NCBI GenBank assembly: GCA_028534125.1
Contig: CM052850.1
Coordinates: 26,040,001 to 26,104,000 of the forward strand
Direction of reading: 5' to 3'
DNA length: 64,000 bases
Origin: Lama glama
Taxonomy: Eukaryota
Below, piece after piece: positions 11,459 through 19,944 of the stretch (position 1 is the first letter of the stretch; each line of letters opens with the position of its first letter). The notes below the pieces were generated by a model. That model did not search any database and was not told the DNA's origin. It saw only the letters and a list, made by a program, of their open reading frames with translations. The translations under genes were made by a program, and so were the position numbers.

Positions 11459-12700
11459 CCCGGGCCCGGTCCGCGCCGCCGCCCCTGTCCTGTCCTGGCC
11501 CGGCCCGGCCCGGCCCGGCCTGCGTGTAACGGCCGCGACGGCGCGGGGTTGACGTAACGAGCGCCCGCCCCCGGCCCGCGCGTCACGGCCGCGCCGGCTC
11601 CTCGGTGACGTAGTCAGGGAGCGCCGGCCGTCGGCTCGTGCGTCACGGCCAGGCCGGCGCCTCGGTGGCATAGTCAGGAAGCGCTGGTGTCTCTGTGACG
11701 TAGTCAGGAAGCTCCCGCCTCTGGCCCTTATGTCACTGAGTACCGGCGCATCTGTGACGTTGCCAGCGAGCGCTCGCCGGCGGCCCAAGCTTCACAGAAT
11801 TCCGAAGCCTCTGTGACGTAATCAGGTTCACCGGCGTCTCAGTGACGTAATCAGGGAGCAGCGGTACATCTGTGACGTAGCCAGGGGCGCCGGCGTCTTA
11901 GTGATGCAATCAGCGAGCACTCTCCCCCGTGCGTCACGGGTTGCCGGCGCCTCTGTGACGTATACACCGAGCGCCGGCGCGCCTTTGATGTATTCAGAGA
12001 GCCCGCCCCGCCCTTGTGTCATGGGATTCTGGCACTTTTGTGACGTATTCAGGGAGCGCCGGCGTCTCAGTGACGTAACAAAAGAGCGCCTGCCCCCTAG
12101 TCCCCGGCGCCGCTGTGACGTAATCAGGGAGCGCCCGCCCCGGCCCGTGCATGAGTCTCCGGCGCTTCGGTGATGTAATCAGGCAGCGCTGGTGTCCCTG
12201 TCAGGTAGCCTGGAAGCACCCGTCCCCCGGTCCGTGCGTCACGGCGTGCCGGCGCCTCTGTGACGCAATCAGGGAGCGCCAGTACCTCTGTGACGTAGTC
12301 AGCGGCCGTCCATCCCCGGCCGTGCGTCACGGGGCTCCGGCGATTCGGTGACGTAGTCAGGGAGCGCCCGCCCCTGGCCTGTGCCTCACGTGGCGCCGGC
12401 GCCTCAGTGACGCAGTCAGGGTGCGCTCCGCCGCCGCGTACAGAGTAAGCCGGCGCAACCATGTGCGAGGTGGGCGAGGACTACCGTGCGTCCGCGCCCG
12501 AGGAGCCGCCGCTGACACGACCCGGGTAAGAGCTGGGCGGCCGTTCCCGCCGGCGGCGAGCCCTGTCTCGAGGGTCCAGCCCGCGTTTTTCCGTCAGTCC
12601 CGGGGGCCGCGCTCCGGGAAGCCCGGGTAACCCCGAGGGCGGGGCCCAGGAGCCCTGGAGTCTCAAGGCGGGGGCTGGACCTCGCTCCGCAGCACCCAGG
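11020..12700. promoter_or_regulatory. CpG island / bidirectional promoter shared by RNF166 and CTU2
   Basis: Very CpG-dense. Contains RNF166 exon 1 (ATG 11458, minus) and CTU2 exon 1 (ATG 12461, plus), GC boxes and many TGACG sites. Confidence 0.9.
11545..12422. repeat. Degenerate minisatellite of ~30-bp and ~55-60-bp units, consensus ~GTGACGTA(A/G)TCAGGGAGCGCCGGCGCCTCT
   Basis: Cores start at 11550, 11606, 11666, 11696, 11755, 11814, 11843, 11873, 11902, 11956, 11986, 12041, 12071, 12116, 12171, 12201, 12261, 12291, 12349, 12408. Long units carry an inverted CGTCAC (11581, 11641, 11932, 12237, 12325). Confidence 0.9.
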
Positions 12701-15700
12701 GAGTGTCTGTCAAGCCAGCGGTGAAGCCCCAGGAAGGAGCTCCATCTGCGCGCTTGCACCTCCAATTCGTGTAGCCAGTGGGGCAGGTCCGCCGCTGACC
12801 AAGCTGTCTACTCTTACAGGAAAGTCGGCCTTTTTGTCGCTTCCACTCGCTGGCTCCATTCCTCTCCAGGATCGCACAGAGCAAGTTATCTCTTGTTGTC
12901 TCGGCCCTTGAGAAACTGAGTTGGTCTTTACGTGCCCACTGAGCCAACTTTAACAGGCTGTAGTCTTCCTAGGGCCTTGGTTTTTCCTCACAGTGGTAGT
13001 GTAGATAAGTTACAAGCCCTGGTTTGTGTGGTGCAGCCTGCCATATGATCTCTCTAGTACACCAGCGTGGGGTGGAAAACAGGCCACCGTGTGCCTGACG
13101 CCCCTGGGAGGGGGTGTAATCTGTGTTCTTGTTCTCTTCCCCTCATGTCTCCAAAGCCGTGAGCAGAAGTGTGTGAAGTGCAAGGAAGGCCCACCTGTGG
13201 TGGTGATTCGAGCAGGAGATGCCTTCTGCAGGTGAGGCCTGGCGTGAGGAGACCCAGCAAACGCAGCCTCATTCAGCAGCCACAACTGCCACGGTTTCTG
13301 TGGCTTTGTTTCTTGCCTTTGAAAGCATCTCGTCACCTTGCCCTTGCTTGTAACGTTCTGGTGCTGTGTGTGTGGAGGGGGATTGGTTTCCTGATCGGCT
13401 TTCTGAGTACCACTACATCGTCGAGCTGTGCCACAGGTGACAGGAAGACACTGATGAAGCTCATGGGGAGAGTTGGGAGTGAAAGTGGTCTGTGGTGCAG
13501 GCGAGGTGAGCTTTTCTGGGGCAGCTGGAACACATCAAGGGCAGATTAGAGCGTCCTGGCGTCTCTGGCAGGCGCTCCAGGTGATACCTGTTTTACTTGT
13601 GAGAGATGGTGGGGTGGAAGGAGGGCCCCAGCCTCCCCTCGCTCTGGGGGCCTCTGGACAGGAGCAGAGAGGCCTGTTCCCAGAGACGCCTGGGCGTGAG
13701 CGTGTTCCATTATATCTGAAGCGCTCTTGTGGCCCTGTGAGATGCCTTTGAATCCTAACTCGGCCAGTGTCTGAGCACGTTCACTGGCTCATAGCTCCCC
13801 GAGGGCAGGGCCCGTCTCCGGTTTTATCCCTGTTCCTGGTGGCACTGCAGGCTCTGTTACAGCATTGAGTACTTCGTGAGTGAGCAACTGGCTCACGTTT
13901 TAAATTGGTCTCCAAGAGTATTGGATTCTGTTTTGTGGATGTTTCCCGAAGAGAAACTGAAAGGACTGAATAAGTTGTCTTCCCAAAACGTTCTGGTCTC
14001 TGCCCACCTCTTAGGTGTCCAGTGAGCTTGGTGTGTGTCTCCAGGATACATTTTAAGCAAAAAAGCCACTGCTTTAACCACTTAAGAGCATCTAGAAATG
14101 TCGATCTTTGCAGTCTGTTTCCAGGTCCACAGCCCCCCTGCCCGTGCTTGCTTGGTCCAGAGAAAAAGTGGGAAACTGGTCTGGGCAGCAGGAATCTAGG
14201 TTTTGAGCAGGTTTTCTCAGTGAAGGTGAGGGTCCTGGTCTCGCCTGACTTGCGGGAGAGAGTGGTCTCAGGAGTCCGGCAGGGCAGGGAGGATGCCGAT
14301 GCAGCAGCCCCAGGGCCCCCGTGCATGCTGGGAGCACCTGTGTCTGCTGAAGGAGCCTACCCGGCCCTGACCTGGGAGTCACTCCTGTGGCTGGTCACCT
14401 GGGGCCCTGGCATTTTGCCGTTAGGCACTGAATTGAGTTACTGCACACAAAGGCCTGTTGGGTGTTTGGTGTTGGGGGACAGCATGTCTGGACAGGAAGC
14501 AGGAAGTAGACTTGGGGGTCCTGGGCAACGTTCTCCACCTTGGCTGCCTGCTGGGGTTGCTGGGAAACTTAAACCTGTGGGATCCTGGGCCTCACCTGAC
14601 ACACCCTGATGTTGCCGGACTGAGTAATTCTGATGTGGGGCCAAGGCCAACAGCCTCTGACCTAGTCAGCTAGAAGGTTTACCAAGAATGCAGAGTCCCA
14701 GGCCCTGCCCTGGAAGTTGTCATCCTCTGTGTTTGTGGGAGCCTCCCAGGCATTTCTGGTCCAGATGGTCTCACCACACGAGAGGCCAGTGTGAGGCTTT
14801 AGGACACTCGTCGCTTGACCCCACAGCCTGCTCAGTGCTTGCCCTGTACCCCCAAAGGTGGTGTGCTTCCCTCTGGGGCTCCGGGACGGGGTCACCTGCT
14901 CTGCTTAGGGAAGGGTCGGGGTGGCCTTGCCCTGTATGAGCCTGTGTCCATCCGCCCATCTCTCCCACTAGCTGGCCCTTCCCCAGGGCTGCAGTGCAAG
15001 TGGTGCCTGGGCCCCCGGCCCCTCAGGCAGTGGTTCACACTGGTTACAAGTGGGGGGGCGGGGACCTAAGCAGGCCTCCCCGTGTAGCATGGGGCTCCTT
15101 GTGGGGCAGCCACAGCTGGTGAGAACCCCTCAGCTTCAGATCTCCTCAGGGCTGAGACAGTGCTTTTTCTTGCTTACTCAGTGGAGGTATACTGGGGATT
15201 GAACCCAGAACCTCACGTGCGCTAGGTAGGCACTCTGCCGCTGAGCTGCACACTCCCTCCGAGACACTGCTTTTACAGCTGACTTTGCTGAAAGAAAACA
15301 TTGCTTGGCAGAGCCTCGGGCTGCAGCCCCACACGTGGGGCCCAGCGCTTCCCTGTCCTGGTGGCAGCTGGTGGTCGAGGCCCTGTTGCCACAGCTCCTG
15401 GTGGTCTGTATTACAGGGACTGTTTCAAGGTGTTTTACGTCCACAAGTTCAGGGCCATGCTTGGAAAGAACCGACTGATCTTTCCGGGAGAAAAGGTAGG
15501 GTATGGGGCACCTCTTCCTGCACGTGGCCTGTCCCAGCCACACCCCTCCAGCCCCTCCCCTGCGCACACCTGTGGGTTATGGGGACGGACTCATGTCTGG
15601 GAGGGATGTCCATGGGCAGCGTGGGCCTTCATGTTGTGGGTGCAGCGTCTCCAGCGATGTTCTGTCTCCCCCAGGTGCTCCTGGCATGGTCCGGGGGACC

Positions 15701-18700
15701 TTCGTCCAGCTCCATGGTCTGGCAGGTCCTGGAGGTGAGTCTCTACCTCTTCCTGCACCCAGGATGCCATCTGGCCAAGTTCCAGGGTCGGGGGCTGGCA
15801 CTGACAGCCCACTCCCCAGCTGGGAGCCCAAGGGTCATGCAGGAGGCGCACGACCTGGAAGCTGTGTCCCAGCTTGGCACCGTCCCTTTGCTTGACTATG
15901 ACTGGCTGGAAAATGGGTGTGGCACCTTGGCAGAGTGATGCTTGAGGTGTTTTGGGGGCGTCAAGGGGATGGGCCCTGGTGTGGGTCACGTGGCTTCCTT
16001 GAGAAGATACAGGGGAGGCCCGCATGCGCAGGGGTGCTACTGGGTGGGGTGCAGGTATGAGCCGGGAGCACAGCTCAGGTCTAGGCTGGTGGGGAGTGTG
16101 GGGCTGTGCCCAGTGCATCCCCAGGCCCAGCTCAGGGCATTGGAGGCAAGTGGGCTCCTGCTTACGGCAAGGGGACACCTTGGAGACCTTGCTCAGGGTG
16201 TGACACACAGACCCCTGCACTGACTCCCGGTGTGGGGCCACGGTGTGATCTGTACCAGGGGTTCCGGGCAGTGCAGTGCTTCTGTGGTTGGCTTTCTGCT
16301 CTCACCTCACCGTGCCCTGAGCCTGGGCTGGTGGTATGAGGCCGGCGCCCCTCCCCAGCTCCTCGCCGTGCCCTGAGCCTGGCCTGGTGGTGTGAGGTCG
16401 GCGTCCCTCTCCAGCTCCTTGCCGTGCCCTGTGCATTGCTCTCCCCTCAACCAGAGACACCTCGTTTCTGTTGTACTGTCTGTTTCTCTGAGCAGTCTGA
16501 GGGGCTCAGGCAGGGGCTTGGGGAGCATGTGGAACCCAGCTGCCTCTCTGGGGATGTTGCTGGGAGGCTGTCAAGGGCAGGGTTCACTTGTGGGGCTCCT
16601 GCGCTCCCGGCGGGGCTGCTCTGAAGCACGTCGTCCTGCTGTGCGCTCTCCACCACTCCCCCTGGCCTCCCTGGCACCCGGGCTGAGCGGCCTGACCAGC
16701 GCAGTCCAGGAGGGTACTCTTTCCAGACAGGGAGCAGACCATCAGCAGCGCCTTGTGGCTTCTGGCCGCAGAGCTGAAGTCCTGTCCTGTCCCCTCCAGG
16801 GCCTGAGTCGAGATTCTGCCAAGAGACTGCGTTTTGTGCCAGGAGTCATCTACGTCGACGGTACGTGTCTGTATCTGTCCCCAGGCCCTGGCGCTCGGGG
16901 CGGCCCCTCCAACTGCTGGCACTGGGCTTGTGCAGGGCCCTGGTGGGGGCGTTCCCCTGGACTTAGCGCCCGGATTCAGCAAAACGCCCTGCTTTTGTCT
17001 GAGGTCTCACCACGGGGCCAGGGGCACTTGGTGAGAACTCCGAATGCACAGCCAGAGGGGGCCTTCCCACCCCACTGTCAGAGAACCCACTACCCTGAAA
17101 ACGCCCCCAAGGAGACGGCTTGGCCCCCAGCGGCCTCGAGAGGACTTGCTGCCCACCCCTCCACGGGCACAGTGGTGGCGGCCCTGACCGCCCGCGTGCG
17201 CCTCTTCTGTAAAGTGGTTACTCTGCATTTTCCAGAGGGAGCAGCCTGTGGCCGGAGCCCCGAAGACAGAGCCAGAACTCTGGTGGAGGTAGAGCAAGTC
17301 CTGCAGAATGTCGGCTTCCCGAGCCATGTCATCGCCTTGGAAGAGGTGGGCGGCCCATCCCTGCTCAAGAGCCCTGGAGGTGCCTGTTCAGTGTCCACAG
17401 GGCCAAAGGCCTGCTTCCCCACGTGGAGGGCCGGGCCTCACGCTCTCCCCATCCACCCGCCAGGTGTTTGGCTTGCCGCCGTCTGTGCTACGCTGCTTTG
17501 CCCGGGAGCCAGAGTCGGTGGGGACCGAGGGTGCCTACAAGGCGGCCGTGGACAGTTTCCTCCAGCAACAGTGTGTGCTGGGGGCAGGGGGGGAGGAGCC
17601 CTGGAGCCAGCCCCGCCCCCAGGGCCCCCAGAGTCTGGCCGGGCCCCCCACAGCTGTGCAGACTGAGGCTCTGTCCAGACTGTTCGATTCAGTGAAGACG
17701 CTGACGGCCAAGGAGGAGCTTCTGCAGACACTGCGGTGAGCCCCCTCCACTGCCCCGGGGTCCCTTCCTGACCGCCCCCACCAAGTTCCTGAGACCTTCT
17801 CTTCCCTCCCCCCGGGGTCCTGGTCCTACCCACCCTGAGATTCCTGCCGTGCTCTGCAGGACCCACTTGATCCTGCACGTGGCCCGGACTCATGGCTACT
17901 CTAAGGTGATGGCGGGGGACAGCTGCACCCGCCTGGCCGTGAAGCTCATGACCAGCCTGGCACTTGGGAGAGGGGCCTTCCTCGCCTGGGACACGGTGTG
18001 CACACGGCTGCTCTGGCCCCACCCTCACCCTTCTGTCCCCTGTCACTTGATTCATGAAGTGGTCCTGGGGTCTCCCACGGGGTGGGGGTGGGGCCAAAGA
18101 CCCCCCGCCAGCTGGCAGGGAAAGAGAGGAGCTGTGAGCCAGTCAGCTGAGTGTCCTGAGGAACGCTGTTCCCCCAGGGCTTCTCGGACGAGCGGCATGG
18201 TGATGTGGTGGTGGTGCGGCCAATGCGTGAGCACACGCTGAAGGAGGTCGCCTTCTACAACCGCCTGTTTGCCGTCCCGTCTGTCTTTACACCGGCCGTC
18301 GACACCAAGGTGGGCTGGGGTCGGCGGGGTGGCCTCCACCTGGTGCCCCAGTGGAGCGCACACTAGGGGGACAGACTTGAGGAAGGGGGTGCCCGTTGGG
18401 CGTCACAGAGGTGGGCGAGGGGACAGTGGGACAGGATGACCTGTGTTGGGTGCTTTATTTAACAGCATCTGTGCTTGACAGTGAGGGCTCTCTAGAAGTG
18501 GTGGCCCCCTAGAAGTGGTGGCCCCTGAACAGGCCTGGGGGCTGCCCCTCTGACCGGGGCCCCCAACCCGTCTGCTCCAGGCCCCCGAGAAGGCCAGCAT
18601 CCACCGGCTGATGGAAGCCTTCCTGCTCAGGCTGCAGGCCCAGTTCCCCTCCACCGTCAGCACCGTGTACAGGTGTGTGTGTGTGGGTGTGTGGGCTCCA

Positions 18701-19641
18701 AGCCCTCCATCCCAGTACCTGGGACAGGAGCTGAGAGTGGAGGCCCCCAGCCAGCTGTGCCTCAGTGCCCTGCCCCCCGCCCCCCCCCAGGACAAGTGAG
18801 AAGCTGGTCAAGGCCCCCAGGGAAGGCTGTGCTGCCAGCCCCCCTGGCCCCCGCTGCCTGCTCTGCCTGTGCACCCTGGACGTCGACAGTGCTGGTCTGT
18901 CCTGGCCTCCGTGGGAGCTCGGGGGAGGGCCACGCACGGGTGGGTGTTAGGGTTCTGTAGCCCTCGGGGCCCCCTTAGCTTCTCTCTGCTTCCAGACAGT
19001 GCCACGGCTTTTGGGGCTCAGACCTCATCACATCTCTCCCAGATGCAGGCCCCCGGCCCACAAGCTGAGGCCGGGACGCCCACCACCCTCTGCTGTTGTC
19101 CGGGGCTGGGCGGTGCCCAAGGCTGCTGTGCGAGGTAAGTCCCTGCCTCGTCCTGTCCTCCTGTCCCCACTGTGGTCAGCACCTGGCAGCCGCACGGGGT
19201 GGGGGTGGCCCCCAGGATACTCACTGAGGGCGAGAGCAGGCACACAGGTCTAGCTCTGCCTGCAGGGAGGACCCCCGAGCCTGTGTGGTGGAGCAGCTGT
19301 GCTATGGCTGCCGTGTGAACGCGAGGGACCTGGTGAGTGGACGCCTTCCCAGCTCCTGGACCAGCCCCACCCTGCCCCACGCGGCCCTCACCCATCCCGG
19401 CTCTCTTACAGCCCTCCCTGGACTCCCTGCCGCCCTACATCCTGGCTGAGGCCCAGCTCCGCAGCCAGAGGTACTGTTCGCTCTGCTGGGGAGCCCGGGG
19501 CGGTGGGGGGAGGCTTCTGGGTGTGTGAACCTGTGGGACTGTTCCTCCCGTGTGGCTTCCCTCAGGGCTGGGGGCGAGCAGGAGATCCAAGCATATCTGC
19601 TGGGGGACCACGATGATGAGGTGCTGCCCGGTGGGAGCTGA
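12461..19641 (+). CDS. CTU2: Cytoplasmic tRNA 2-thiolation protein 2 (Ncs2 ortholog), 508 aa, spliced
   Basis: Coding exons: 12461-12525, 13157-13231, 15417-15495, 15675-15734, 16800-16860, 17236-17345, 17464-17735, 17860-17995, 18178-18309, 18581-18672, 18791-18894, 18996-19134, 19266-19332, 19412-19470, 19566-19641. All GT-AG, phases consistent; total 1527 nt. Peptides: MCEVGEDY, REQKCVKCKE..RAGDAFCRDCFKVFYVHKFRAMLGKNR, VLLAWSGGPSSSSM, GDSCTRLAVKLM, QFPSTVSTVYRTSEKL, EQLCYGCRVN. Confidence 0.96.
15161..15260 (-). mobile_element. tRNA-derived SINE (camelid Vic-1-like), CTU2 intron 2
   Basis: Minus strand reads GGAGGGAGTGTGCAGCTCAGCGGCAGAGTGCC..GAGGTTCTGGGTTCAATCCCCAGTATACCTCCA (Pol III A and B boxes), then a decayed A-rich tail. 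Confidence 0.8.
16310..16431. repeat. 56-bp tandem repeat, ~2.2 copies, CTU2 intron 4
   Basis: CCGTGCCCTG recurs at 16310, 16366 and 16422 with near-identical intervening sequence. Confidence 0.85.
18492..18525. repeat. Perfect 17-bp tandem duplication
   Basis: CTAGAAGTGGTGGCCCC twice in CTU2 intron 9. Confidence 0.85.
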
Positions 19642-19721
19642 GGTGAGAGCGCTTGGGCCTCACCCTGCACGGAACGGGCAGGCAAGGACAGGCAGGCTGC
19701 CTGTGATTGTCCACATGTATA

Positions 19722-19727
19722 AATAAA
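19722..19727 (+). terminator. CTU2 polyadenylation signal AATAAA
   Basis: AATAAA 80 nt after the CTU2 stop codon. Confidence 0.85.
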
Positions 19728-19732
19728 AACGT

Positions 19733-19738
19733 TTTAAT
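19733..19738 (-). terminator. PIEZO1 polyadenylation signal ATTAAA
   Basis: TTTAAT on the + strand ~205 nt downstream of the PIEZO1 stop, in the only AT-rich patch of the 3' region. Confidence 0.7.
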
Positions 19739-19944
19739 TAGAAAACTCTACAGTACGCCTGGGGCAGGGAGGGCCGGGCCTCTGGCCGTGTGTGGTGTTG
19801 GGCAGCGCCGGGCCCCACAGGGACGGCTGGCAGGGGCGGCAGTCCTGCGCCAGGCCGGGGGAGCTGCGGCTTCACTCCCGACAGCACAGTAGCAGCTCTC
19901 GTGGGCCGGGAGCAGGTCAGCTGGTGGCCTTGGCCGGAGTGGCC

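Noticed and set aside
11545-12422. Repeat array read as a CRISPR array or phage/integron att array
   Set aside because: The context is eukaryotic with no cas genes. The sequence between cores is itself repeated rather than unique spacers.
14600-14765. MER5-like DNA transposon remnant
   Set aside because: Only short recalled motifs match; too weak to call without RepeatMasker.
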